This document shows, piece by piece, positions 1 to 11,562 of a stretch of DNA of 20,000 bases. This DNA is from Coniocarpon cinnabarinum (taxonomy: Eukaryota). Every line of letters begins with the position of its first letter. The stretch's first letter is position 1. The DNA lies in contig JAVECO010000043.1 of the NCBI GenBank assembly GCA_051942205.1, forward strand, positions 113,920 to 133,919. Reading direction: 5' to 3'. Position numbers and translations under genes: made by a program. The notes below the pieces were generated by a model that made no database searches, was not told the origin of the DNA, and saw nothing but the letters and a program-made list of their open reading frames with translations.

Positions 1-2657
1 GGCGAAGACGCTGGCTTCTTCATGTCCTGGTGAGTGCTAGAGGCAGGCGACTCTTTCTCCAGTTTGGGGAAGACCATGGCGCGGTCACCATCTTCCGTCT
101 TCGGTGCTGGTCGACTCGCGGCCACAGACTCCTGGCGTCCTTCGACATCAGACTGTTGTGGCGACAGAGGTTGCTCGCGTGGAGAAATGTTCTCAGCAGC
201 ACGCTGAAGCGCCTCGGTCTCCTGACGCTTCATCAAGAGACGTCGCTTGTTCTGTTGTTCGAGCAGCATGAGTTGCATCTCATAATCTAAAAGCCTCTCG
301 TGCTGTGTTTGCGCAAGAGATCCCGCTGGAGGCCCGGGCAGCCACGAAGCCGCAGGCTGGGTCGGTGCACTTTGGACTTGAATGTCGCACCACAACTTGT
401 GCCCAAAGGGAGTACCGTCCGGGCCCTTGAGGCGCCAGTAGGAAATGTGTTTACCGACCCGTGTTGGCGTTTTCAATTGCACACTGAAGTGCCATGTCTG
501 TCCCGGGACAATCTTGCCCATAGTGGAATTGCTCTCCTGAGCTGTGGCGAGTTCGGCAACGCTGCTGGGTGAATGCTGATCGACGTTGAGCATGTAATCG
601 CCACCCACGTGACGGACACTGCATCCTTCAGGCCAGGCGAAGGGACCCGGATTCTTCAGTGTCCAGGTTTGGGTGAAAACAACGCCAGGCCGCATCATGG
701 CGCCGTCAGGTATGGCATCCTGGACGAACTCGGCCTTGAGTTCACCCATGGGAACTTGAGGTAAAGCAGGTGGAGGGGTCGCGGGTGGACCATGGCTCGA
801 TTTCACCGGAACTCGGAAGGGGAATGTTGGTGGCTTTGCCGAATAGGCTGGCAGTGTCTCCGTGGAGGGAGCTTTCGGTGTGTAGCGAGGGGGCACCGTC
901 GTAGAGGGACCTCGCGTAAATGGACGCGGACGGCGAGCATCGCCCAGCACAGTAGTGTGATCATCAACGGAGTCATAGGTCTGGATACTCACGTCTTTGA
1001 TCATTGTCTTGCACATGAGCATTGGATGAGTCTTGTTGTGCTCATTGCCAGGGTCTGCCTCGCAACTTGCACAGAAATCAAGGTCATTGCAGACAGTGCA
1101 TTTGTAGCGAACGCCTTGAATGTAGGACTGATTGCGCTGAGCTTTGCACGAGGGTCCGTCACAATAAACACCGACATGGCGACTTCTCAAGCCTGTGACG
1201 GCGGGCAGTGGCTCGTACACTGGAACGAAACGGTGATTGTGGTTAGCCTTCTTCGTTGCATGGCAAGATCCGCAGTAATCAAAGTCTGGGCAATCCAAGC
1301 ATTTGTAGCGGACGCCGACGATGCTCTACAGTCTGGTCAGTGGCCTGTTTATGGGAGTCGCTCTGTTCACTGACCTGATTGCAGCTGTCGCAAAGCGCGC
1401 GATGACGCGTGGCGCGTCCCGGTTTGCACAGACTGCTCACCTGCGGACTACATGTCGCAGGGTTCTTGAAAGTGTGTGCCGGATGATGCCCGTGCTTGTT
1501 CTCTACAAGACATGGCATACACAAATCAAAGTCGTGGCAATCTTGGCAAGAGACAACCATTGTTTCTGGGAGATCTGTTCTGGCATCAGCACACAGGGAA
1601 GCCACACAAGATCAGGCAATGCTTACGTCGAATGCACGCATTGCAAATGCGCTCCTGCGCTTGGGGAGATGGATCTACGTGCCCGTCGGAGACAGTAGAT
1701 TTGATGTCGGGATTGAAGGCTCCGGGCATCGGCGGGACGGATCGGTCCGGATGCTTTTCAAGAGTGCCAACAGGTTGAGTTGCTTCCTTGGGCTTGGGGG
1801 CAACAATGCGCGTAGTTGAATTCACGAAGGCCCCGTTCTTGAAGGTCCGTTTGATCATCCAATGGCCTTCGCCTTCACATACCATTCCTGCTTGGACACA
1901 CTTCTCGCACAAATCATAGTCACCGCCGTCGCAGATGCTGCAGTGGTAGTGCTCGTTTGTAACTTGCTGGTCACATTTGTTGCAGCACACCTGCCAGCGA
2001 GGAGCGGCGAAAGAACGCCCAAGTAGCGACTTCTCGAAGGCTGCAGGAGCAGCTGGAAGTGACTTGTCAGAGACGGCCTTGTCTGCATCATCGACTTCGT
2101 GCAGAATTTGTGCGAGCGATGGCAGTCTTGGTACATCCGAAATCGAAGTGAAGGGTTGCTTCTGGGTAGTTGAATTTCCCGTATCAGTCTCCATAGCAGC
2201 CTCTTCGGTCGCCGAGGTGTGAAGAGCTGGTTGCGAAGATGAAGAAGCGCCGTGGCCCTGCACATCGATTTGCTTGAGTGAAGCACGCAGGCGCAATTTC
2301 GACTTGGCTTTGGCAGCACGGTACAGTTGCTTGTAAGATGCCGGAATGCAAGCATCAACGGGAACAAAAGCGCCCGAGCTGTCGGAGAATCGCTCCAGTA
2401 TGAGAGTTTGGTTCGATGGAATCTGCAGAATATCCCTAACCTATTGTATCGAAGTTAGTGGAAGGACATTTCATAAGCGACCAGCAGGCGTCGAAAAACA
2501 GCTCCGAAGCCAGTTGTTGAGGACGACTCACTTTGGAATAGAATACAGAGGCACTCAGATCCCTTAATGAGAGTTTGAATCGACGATTAGTGCCGTCAAT
2601 TTGCACTTTCACAGTGACGGGAGGGTCCAGCGAGACACCGGTGACTTGGCTTGCCAT
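1..2657 (-). CDS. NBR1: NBR1-like selective autophagy receptor (N-terminal PB1-like domain, four ZZ zinc fingers, FW/NBR1 Ig-like domain); 3' end beyond window. Exons 2657-2532, 2440-1627, 1574-1375, 1325-<1
   Basis: Introns 2531-2441 (GTGAGT..CTAAC..TAG), 1626-1575 (GTAAGC..CAG) and 1374-1326 (GTCAGT..TAG) join in frame. The protein has VKVQIDGTNRRFKL..ERFSDSSG..YKQLYRAAKAK (fungal NBR1 N-terminus), ZZ fingers CNKC..YHCSICDGGDYDLC, CNAC..CQDCHDFDLC, CDSC..YKCLDCPDFDYC and CDGPSC..YKCTVCNDLDFC, and the FW domain EFVQDAIPDG..FTQTWTLKNPGPFAWP..ISYWRLK..FGHKLWCDI (about 745-375). Confidence 0.9.
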
Positions 2658-3276
2658 GATGGGTGGCGCGATGGAGGCCTGGTCGTACCGATAAAGAGCA
2701 AGAAGCTCAAAAGAAGCTACGAACAGCTTTCCGGAAGACCACCAGTACTGAGAAAGTCTGTGAGGGTTGACAAGAACAAAAAGTGTTGAGATGGGGAGGA
2801 TGAAGAAGGTGAGCAGGTGAGGTCAAGGCAGCTAAGCGTGACGATGTGGACTCACCGCCGCGCGGGGGCGACTGTCCATACGCACTTCCTGTTACGGTAT
2901 CTCATCGCCAAGAATCTGATCCGATGGGATCACGTGGCGTACCGCCAGCTCGTCAGACCTTACCTGCGCAGCAAAAGGGAGAGCAGTGCATGCGGCGCAA
3001 GCAGTGGCGAGTCGCGCATGGCGCTCAGGGCAACTTGCAGGCTGCAACAACGCCAGGTTTGCAATGGTGAATGGGGTGCTAGGTCGGTCTCGACAACGAT
3101 AATGATGACGACTTCTCTTACTCTATTTACAAGTGCTTCTCACGTCACTCCTGTGCTCAGACGGAGGGAGAGTGAGTCAATCCAACAAATCCTTGACGCC
3201 TTGCTCACAAGTGCATATGTTTTCATGGCCCAGGGTTTCATCATGGTCGTGACGTATTAAAGGGTGTATGAGAAAT

Positions 3277-5273
3277 TCATTGTTGTGAAGAGTAATAGTT
3301 TGAGGGCGCAGAGGGGTAGAACATCCCATTGGCGTGAGGCTTTGCTGCAGAGTTTGTAGACGATGCACCATACGCGTTTTCGTTGGGATGCGTCTCGCCT
3401 CCATACTGAGATGGATCGTAGAAATAGACTGTGCCATTCTGCTCGTATGCCGTCATGCTCGGCGGTACTTCTGGGACAGACGACACGTTTGACACGGGCG
3501 TGGGGTTGATCATTGGCACGAGGTATGAGCCATGCACTGTCGGCTGGACGTACATCTGAGATGCCATCATTGGTTGAGACATGTACGAAGCCGGTCCGTT
3601 TTCCGGAGGGGGATAGTACATCATGTCTTGCATGGGGTATGGCGCGGAATAGTACATCGCGGACTGATCCGGCTGGAAGGGTTGAGCATTGACTGCATTG
3701 TCGGGCAAGTGTGCCGGCGTCCCGGTCGGTTGCGTGCCAGCAAATTGATTCGCCGCGAACGATGCACCAGGTCTTGCATGTTCCGGAACCAGTTTCGCAT
3801 GATTCACATGGCTTGGAACTTGATGATAGAACGGTTGATGCTCATGTTGCTGTGGAGCATGCAGCTTCTCAGTGGAAGGAGATTCAATGTTGGTGACAGA
3901 TACTGTCTTCTGAGGTCGTGGTTGATGCACCGGAATTTGGCCAGTGTAAGGACTTTGATATGCTGGCTTTCCTGGGGTTGGGTACAGCTGTTCGGACATG
4001 CCGTCAGTAGTCGCTGCCGTTGCATGGCTCATGCCATTGGGTAGAGGCATATGTGGCCTTGCACCGACCGGCAATTTCACTACAGGTCGAGAAGGTGCTG
4101 TTGGGGCACCAAAAGGGGGCTTGGCCATCGCAGCTGCCGCTGGGGACACGATGCCCTCACGCACAACGGACGACCGGCGACTCATCGCGATGCTGGGGGA
4201 GTAGCTACTTCCTCCCAAGATACTGTTGCGACGGCTGCCAAAAGGTCGCCGAGTAGTCTGTTGATTCGGTCGCTGTGCTCGAGGTATGAATATGAACGAG
4301 CGTTCAACGCTGGGAAAGATGTAGCGTGGCGATTGATCTGGCAGAGAAACTCGTACGGGTTTATCGCGCCGTAATGGTGGTCTCAAGTCCGGTAGTCGGA
4401 TGTGATATCGGAGAGGGGTCTTCTCGTACGGTATAGGATGCGACATGCCCGGCAGAGATATTCGTAGGGTGATGTGACCAATAGTGACTGTTCTCGAAAG
4501 CGGCTCCGGACCTTTTGCGGAGCTTGAGTAGGTCGGCAGGAATCGTCGAGGAATGTCTTCGACAATAGGCAGGAGTTGCTTTCCAGGGCCGTCATTCTCG
4601 AGCAGATCGTGCAAGTCATGATTCCATCGCTCGTTCGTGCTGGTCGAGGTTCCTTGCTGTTGACTGCAAAAGCGTCAGCTGCTTTGAACATGGATGCACA
4701 TGGAGTGATTACCCACCTCGCTGAGTAGGCGAAGCCGCTCGATTCTCGACCTTTGCGTCTGCTGCTACGCTGAGGATCATGAGATGCTGTAGTTGTAACT
4801 CTCGGCACAGGCTTCGCAGATCGCTGCTGTACCCTGTTCTCGTCAACAAAAGCTTGTCGGCCCCGCCGGTGACTCGATTCGTTATTCTCCGGCTCCTCAA
4901 ACTGCAGAGGCCCGGCACCGTCGGTGTCGGAGGGTGGATGCAGCCCATTAGTCAACGCAGCAGTGTCTGCCGTGGCGGTAAATGCTGGACGGCTGTCATC
5001 GGTCTGCGAGTTGTGTCGGTTGGTTTGGCTTGGAAAGATCGAGCCGTTTTGCTTCTTCTTCGGAGGGCTTCGATCACCGCCGGGGAGGACGTCTTGCTGT
5101 GCATGACCGCTGAACTCGCTGGCGGCTTCCTCTAGACTATCATTTGCCCCACTGACAGCAGATGCATCGCTCTGTGATTCATCGTCGAGAGATGCTGTGT
5201 CATCCTCCTCACCGTCATCTGCCCGGCGTCGACGGCTTGCAACAATATCTCTGGTCCGTCCCTTGGGAGCCAT
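3277..5273 (-). CDS. Barentsz/CASC3 (Btz domain)-like, Pro-rich protein, about 647 aa; exons 5273-4717 and 4663-3277
   Basis: Intron 4716-4664 (GTGGGT..GCTGAC..TGCAG, phase 2) joins the 296-aa and 445-aa ORFs. It has a basic/acidic N-terminus (SRRRRADDGEEDD), a WNHDLHD motif, the block LPDLRPPLRRDKPVRVSLP..RYIFPSVERSFIFIPRA and C-terminal YEQNGTVYFYD, all of which I recall from Pezizomycotina Btz-domain proteins. Confidence 0.78.
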
Positions 5274-5987
5274 GACGCACGAGGTCGACTTTTCCTTGAG
5301 CGGCCGTAGTAGGAGGGGACAGATGGGAGAAGAGGTGGAACAAGAGAGGAATTAAAGATCAAATCATGTCATGGATATGCAGGTGAGATCACACCGCCAA
5401 TTTAGTATGCAGTAGGGAAGATGAAGGCGAATGATGGTCGGAGAACTGTCTACATGTGGGGTGGAGGCGGAATTGGAAGGTAGAAGACTCGAGGGATAGG
5501 AGACGCGTGGGCGAAGGAGGATGCTGAGGGTGATGCTTTCTCTAAGCTACAGTCACCGTTTGGGCTTTCCCAAAACTTATCCCAATCGTGCCTGACTAAG
5601 GAGCGCGCCAAGACAACGACGTCGCCGCTGAGGCCTTGAACTTCAGGCTGGAATTGATGCCTAATTGCTGTCCCCGGTCCAGTTTTGATACGGCCTTGCG
5701 GGTAGGTATTCCGCCTATGTCAATCTTGCCAAGAAGCTAGAAGCACCGATGTGGTCACACAACTAGGTACATGTCACCTGCGAGTCTAAAAATTTGTGGT
5801 TGTCAGCCGATCCTTCGCCCTCTCGCATGATAATACAGACATTGTTGACGACCAGACCACAACTCCTGGCACCCTCGCGTCTTTTTATTGGACCTGTTAA
5901 CCGCCGACTTCGACTCCCGCTCCGGGAGATCAGCATCAAATCATTCTAATAGTGCAGGCCCTGTTTGAGGACAGAGCAACGCCGCAA

Positions 5988-6779
5988 ATGGAATCCATGC
6001 GGACCTTGGACTCGTCTCTGCCAGGATCATCGCCTCACGCACGACGCAAACAAGCTAATAGTGAGCTACTTCAAGCCTTCAAGAGTGCTGCTTTGTCTGT
6101 CACACAACTGTACAAGACTGCAAATGCAGAAGAGGAGGAGGCGAACCGAGAGGCACACTTTGGGGGCTACAGCGAGGCGTTAAGTGACCTCCTAGCTTTT
6201 TTGGACGACCAGAATCTTGGATTGGGAGACGGCGAAGGTTGGCAAGTGAGGGAATGGGCAACACAGCGACACCAGAGCTTGAACAGCCACAGCCGAACAT
6301 CAGAGGACAGTGGCATGAGCGATGATCAAGAAACACGAGGAAGGAGTGCGAGCCCAGTATTGCCGCAGAAGTCATCATCACAACAATATCAATCAGCAGC
6401 TGTGCAGACAGATCCTCCGAATTCTACGCCGTCTGACGGCTATCCATTGCAATCAAAACTTACATCACAACAAAGTTACTCGACCGAGACATTTCATTTT
6501 CGCTCGCCTCACGCCTTACCGACACAGCAAGACACAAACTTGAACACGTCAGCGCAAAGAAGTCCGCCGTCCCTGCGCCTAGAGTTGTTGCCTCGCACAG
6601 CACGATACAATGCTCACCGTTCTGTACATCACACACGAGCATTGGAGAAAACAGTAGGCGCGCTAGGGCATGGCGCAGGCTCAAAACGAAAAGTGCCACT
6701 GCATGAATTCTTCGACGTAACTGGCCTTGTAGGTAGCAAGGATTTACCCGGACCTGGAAAGCGTGGACGTTTCAGTTGA
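5988..6779 (+). CDS. Conserved fungal protein, HAPSTR1/C16orf72(DUF4588)/YJR056C-like, 263 aa, intronless
   Basis: ATG at 5988 (GCAAATGG). Contains LLQAFKSAALSVTQLYK..GYSEALSDLLAFLD..LGLGDGEGWQVREWA, resembling the HAPSTR1-family helical N-terminus, then a low-complexity linker and basic C-terminal GSKRK..GKRGRF (NLS-like). Confidence 0.75.
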   Translation: MESMRTLDSSLPGSSPHARRKQANSELLQAFKSAALSVTQLYKTANAEEEEANREAHFGGYSEALSDLLAFLDDQNLGLGDGEGWQVREWATQRHQSLNSHSRTSEDSGMSDDQETRGRSASPVLPQKSSSQQYQSAAVQTDPPNSTPSDGYPLQSKLTSQQSYSTETFHFRSPHALPTQQDTNLNTSAQRSPPSLRLELLPRTARYNAHRSVHHTRALEKTVGALGHGAGSKRKVPLHEFFDVTGLVGSKDLPGPGKRGRFS

Positions 6780-7662
6780 GCGACACATTGAATGTTTGAG
6801 AAAGTATTCATAAAATTGACGGCTCATCATATGAAGGGATTGTTGCATAGCGACCGGCACAGCATTAATACGACTACACCAAAGACCCACGGCAGCTTAT
6901 CAATGATACCATAATGTCAAATTCACGAGTATAGGCAGATAGAACGATTAGAATCCAATGCGACTTTACGTCAGCATCTATTGAGCGATTGGCGGTTCAA
7001 CGACCATTTCAAAGTCATCGGTCTCCCTCTTTGCTGCTTCGTTCTTCTCATGACTGTTATTGACCCTGTCGATAAACAAACTTGAGGCCATAGACCCGTA
7101 GATGATTCCAGCTTGTTTCTTTTGAACTCTTTAGCTAGCTTGAACCATGGGCAAAAGCCAAGATGATGTCAAAGCTAAACATGATCCCGGCAAAATCCGC
7201 CGGGGAGTTAACCAAGCACCAAATTGCCTCAGCAGCAAGTGCTCTTCTTCCAAATGCCAGGTCCGACGTTCGTGCACGGTTCAACTCCAGCATTTATGTA
7301 CACCGCAATCGTTGACTAAAATTGGTCTTGACGGTGGTCCAAGTGGCTTGTATGCCATCATTACGGAGGCCCGGCTGAGACTGATATTGAAGTTGTGCTT
7401 TCTTGCTACTGGATGCCGCTTGAATCCCCCTGCAGAATCGAGTTCAACGCCCTTCGTTGCGGATTGCGTGCATGGGATATCGGCGCTCACACACTTCTTA
7501 GCCCAGACTGATGCATCGCCGTAGTGTAGAGCAATAGCCCAGCATACCTATGTTGGGCATTTGTCTTCTCAAACACGTTCAACATTCTTCTGTCACTCCC
7601 TCGATGGCTTTAATGGTCTTCCAAGAAATGTTCGGTTATTCCAGAGGGTATATCCCTTATGT

Positions 7663-7972
7663 TCAATTCACGAGCCGATAAAGCCCGAGCCCGATTGCGA
7701 TAACTCCACAGACCTTAGGTATTCGTGGCCGCTGTTTTGCTAAAGCTATGCCAAGCTTGCTCGAGGGCATCGATGCCTTTGGATCCTCTTTCACCGTGAA
7801 AAGATATGCACCAAGAGCCAGGAAAGTGCCGCTGCCTAGAAGTCCTGTTTAGAACGTGATTGAGAACCAGCTTGGTGAATCGCATACCCATCAGCCTACA
7901 GGAGAGGCAATCCTGATGTTCACGCGGTTGCTGCGATGCATGATCTTGAGTGGAAAGCGATGGTGCTGACAT
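7663..7972 (-). CDS. Small DUF4536/DMAC1-like two-TM membrane protein, 85 aa; exons 7972-7888 and 7835-7663
   Basis: Intron 7887-7836 (GTATGC..TTCTAG) gives MSAPSLSTQDHASQQPREHQDCLSCRLMGSGTFLALGAYLF..KVCGVIAIGLGLYRLVN*. The DCxSCR-then-TM motif and GLYRLxN C-terminus are typical of this family. Confidence 0.8.
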
Positions 7973-9062
7973 GACCAGCACACAGCTGCTCCTCGAGACT
8001 GCTAAAAGATTTGCACCCCAGGACTCTTCTGTAGAAAAGGTACTACACGGTCTGACTGGTTTTTCCGGTGACAGACATGTGAAAGTCACGTGTTCATCTT
8101 CTTGCACTAGCGTACACAAATCAAGGAGTAAGAGCACTCGAATCTCAGTCAGCCAAGTCGAATCTGTTGAGGCGGTCTTGATCCATCTTCCTGTTGCAAG
8201 GCACGGCCAGATACTTATTGTGAACCCCTAACAGAAGACGCAAACGGTCCTGACCAACTTTTGAGTATCATGTTCTTTAGTTATATGGCGTGTCTATAAT
8301 AATATCGAATAGCGCGGACCAAGCTCAGACGGGGCGACTAGATCTCGATAGAGTTATCGGTGGAGAGCTTCGGGCATTTGTGTTTGTCACATCGCCTTAA
8401 GAAATCTGTCCGGATCCTCTGCCTGACCTCGCCCCAGCGAGTCTTTTGGCCCTTCTGTGAAATAGCATTTTCTCGACTCGGCTAATGCACGTACGAAGTA
8501 GACTTTTCAATCTTCGTGCCGGAAATATGAGATTCTTGGATCAGGTACATCTTTATCTGATTTAGTAAAAAGCCCACAACTTGCTCATGCACACCAGCAA
8601 CTGGTTTCAGACCTGGGGACTCGGCTATCTATGGGGCAAGGCTGATACTGCATCATCTCTCTGCTAGCAGATGTTTCATACGACTCTGTACATGCTTACG
8701 TGTTTCGAGCTCGAGACTGGCTGGCAGACGCCTTTGGGGCTCGCTTGCAAACATGCTGGGTCGAAAACGGTCTGAACACTGTAGCAGATGGAGCCGAAGT
8801 CGGTCTTATTTATTTGCAAGATTTCGTAGTGAAATTACCCACTTATGCCGACGAAATTTCAGTGAACAAGTCGCTCTGACAACATTTAACCAACTTAAGA
8901 GTTTCATGAGCGGCGCAAAAATTCTCACGACGAAGCCTTCCGTGTCACGACCTGAACTTACATCGTTAAAGCCTCAATTCATATCAACATATTTCCGACT
9001 CACTTCTTGCAGTCATAAAAGTAATCTTCCCGAAGCTTTCCTTCCTTGTCCATCGTGTCAAC

Positions 9063-9627
9063 ATGGCTGCTTCACGTCCTTCGCAACCCCACTCGTTGAA
9101 TCCCAACATGATCGACTGTGATGATTTCTGGCTACATGTGTCATGGATCTATCATCGCGCGGTCGGTCACATGTTTCAGACGACCAACTGGGAGCACGGC
9201 AAGGAGCAATTGAAACGTTGGGCGAAGCTTCAGCATCAACAAGCCCCTGGCACCAAATATGCGACGATGGCAGCACAAGATTCCAGGCGAGGTGAACCTC
9301 GAAGTCTAGCTTGCGTGAGCTGGGTCCATTTGGGCATTCTCATCAGGATGCTGACTTCGACTTGTCAGTGTGCGGCTCAGCACGTGGCATCTCGCCATAG
9401 AGTTTTACCCAGCGGAGATGGATGCTCTGCTGCATCGCCACACGGATAAGAAATTCCCTCTGGAGGGCTCTGTCACTGTTCCTGAGCACACAAGACCATC
9501 GCCCGAGGACCATGCCAAGCATGAAGATGAACAAGGAGAAAGGCGAAAATATCTCGAGAGGGTCGAAAAAGGGACCGACGGACCCTCTCTGCCGCGAGAC
9601 CGTGGTGCTGATATGGGTATTATCTGA
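9063..9627 (+). CDS. Possible orphan gene; exon structure unresolved
   Basis: ATG in good context (CAACATGG) after a pyrimidine-rich leader. Two overlapping ORFs (128 aa and 85 aa) with an intron-like GTGAGC..GCTGAC..TCAG at 9315-9368 between them. No recognisable motif. Confidence 0.3.
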
Positions 9628-11455
9628 TCGCATAGTCAAAATCAGCTTCAGTACCGCAGGATATCTCAACGAGTGTCAGTAACAGAGCATCCAGTTTCAC
9701 GATAACAGGATGCCAGAATAAAACTTCGCAAGTAGAAAGATTGGTATGGTATCCAATATCCTGACTTATCACGGTGACACAACTCCATGCTGAAATTACT
9801 GTTCTCTGCCTCTTCTAATCTCCATCCCACCTAGCGACGGTCCATTCATCTGGCAATCCTCGGCGCTGCGGTAGAATTGAATTATAAGCCTCAAACTGGC
9901 CGCGCAATATTAGCGTTGTACTGATTTGGCTGCGATACAGATGCAATGCCTTCTGAACAAGCCGGCGCCGGTCATGTATGCTTACCCGTGCTCCTCATGG
10001 CCGACCTCGGCATACGTAGCTTCCGGAGCGTTTCGTGTTTGCAAGAACTCAGTCTGTCGCTTCAAAGTTTCCTTCCAACGCCAACCGAGCAGAAATTCGA
10101 TATGGAAATGGTAACGGACAGGAACATGTAGCTGACCCCAGGGACAGACAATAGTATCAAGGGTTTCCATTCTGATGCGAGTAGCGCAATTGGCAATCCT
10201 TGGCGATAATTTTTATTGTCCTCAACAAAGGCAGGAATACTGGGAAGGAGAGTTCAAGCTAATCAAGCTCAGGCTAATGCTCTTTTATGTTTTTTTGTGA
10301 GACTGACGAGGCAACAGACTGGCATGATTGTTCATCTGCAGTCTTAAACTTTTACTTGGCAGATCTGGGGTGCAGTACAGGGGACACGGGATCACGCGGA
10401 AAAGCTGACCAAAGGGGCAATAATATTCTCTGAACTGGGATTGTTGACAAAAAAAGCCAGGATTGTTTTCCTCTTTGGCGGTGCGAGTCCCGCAGTGTTG
10501 CAGAGAGGTTACTTGAGGCATCTTAGCCGACCGCAGAGCAAACAGCTTTGACCAAGAATATCTAAAGATGAGATGGTGGGTGAACCTTGCATCATGAGAT
10601 ACGACTTCGAGTTTGAACGATACAGTGATGCCTTGAAGTTCAGCTCACAAGAAGATGCTTTGAATGAGAGTGCAATTCTTTTGCCTTGCTGGAAAATGAC
10701 ATGACGAGGGGAAAAATCGTATCATAGGCAAGCGAGTTGAACATCTCCTCGATTGTAATGTTGGTAAGTCCCTCTTCATTTCCACATGATAAATGCAGCC
10801 AGCAGATAGGTGCAACAAAGACGCCGTCTCAAATGAAGTGCATCCCGTAGTGAGATGGAATCAACCCAGCAGGGGAACTAGTCATTATTGCCAATAATAT
10901 ATCACGGGAGAAGACCGCTATCTTGGTCTAACCACACTTGTATAGATAGATATAGCTATGGACTCTCATGGATTGTCAAAGATGTATGATGAGAGATTTG
11001 CGAAAGTTCTTGCTGAGAACAAAGAGCACGATCTGTATTCCGTCCGTACACAGTTACCTCTGCTGGAGCGGATTGCTCGAATAGAAAGAACATCTCGTGA
11101 GTGGGAGGCTCCGACAAAGCTGCTAGCCCGAGGTAGAGATTGCATGGAGCGTGACACGGCGCAGCTTGCCTCTAATGTATTGGCAGTTGGTTCAGGCGAT
11201 GTCATTGCGTTGATGTTCTTGCGGTTGTGCAAGCTCACAACACCGAGCATACCATTGAAGGGAGGCAATGTAGGACGAAAGCATTGATCACAAGTAGAAT
11301 CACGTATATATCTGTTGATGTTAAAGGACACTTGCCGGCATTCCTCAGAAATGAATCCATGATTTTGTCAATATACATACCAGAGTGTTCGCTACCGTGG
11401 TACTTGGTGACATCTACGCCGGCGTGCCCCAGATCTTAGGGCATAAAGCCCCTAA

Positions 11456-11470
11456 ATTCTAGAAAGTTCA
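11456..11470. promoter_or_regulatory. Perfect-type heat-shock element (nTTCnnGAAnnTTCn) upstream of the AP-3 mu gene
   Basis: aTTCtaGAAagTTCa: three alternating nGAAn units about 95 nt upstream of the ATG at 11563. Confidence 0.4.
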
Positions 11471-11497
11471 TCCCCAAATTTAGAGGCTGTCGAGAAC

Positions 11498-11505
11498 CAC
11501 GTGAC
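11498..11505. promoter_or_regulatory. CACGTGAC E-box (bHLH, Cbf1-type site)
   Basis: Exact match about 57 nt upstream of the AP-3 mu start codon. Confidence 0.4.
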
Positions 11506-11562
11506 ATTGCCCTAACCGAACGCAACTCGTCCCAATCTCTCGCGTTTTGATTTCACGCGAAC

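Noticed and set aside
30..1819. Plus-strand ORFs including 792-1373 (193 aa)
   Set aside because: Antisense shadows of the NBR1 coding exons with no motifs.
2758..2856. Possible 5' UTR intron of NBR1 (GTGAGT..CACAG on the minus strand)
   Set aside because: No consensus branch point; cannot be supported without transcripts.
7017..7560. ORF 7147-7524 (+) and minus-strand ATGCCCAACATAG|GTATGC as a small gene
   Set aside because: Tested acceptors lead to early stops and there are no recognisable motifs; more likely convergent 3' UTRs.
9851..10205. 15-nt near-direct repeat TGGCAATCCTYGGCG at 9851 and 10191
   Set aside because: Too short, with no terminal repeats, target-site duplication or transposase to indicate a mobile element.
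8200..11500. Telomerase RNA, RNase P/MRP or snRNA in the gene-poor interval
   Set aside because: No TAACCCTAA template or conserved snRNA/RNase P motifs seen by eye; an Rfam scan would be decisive.
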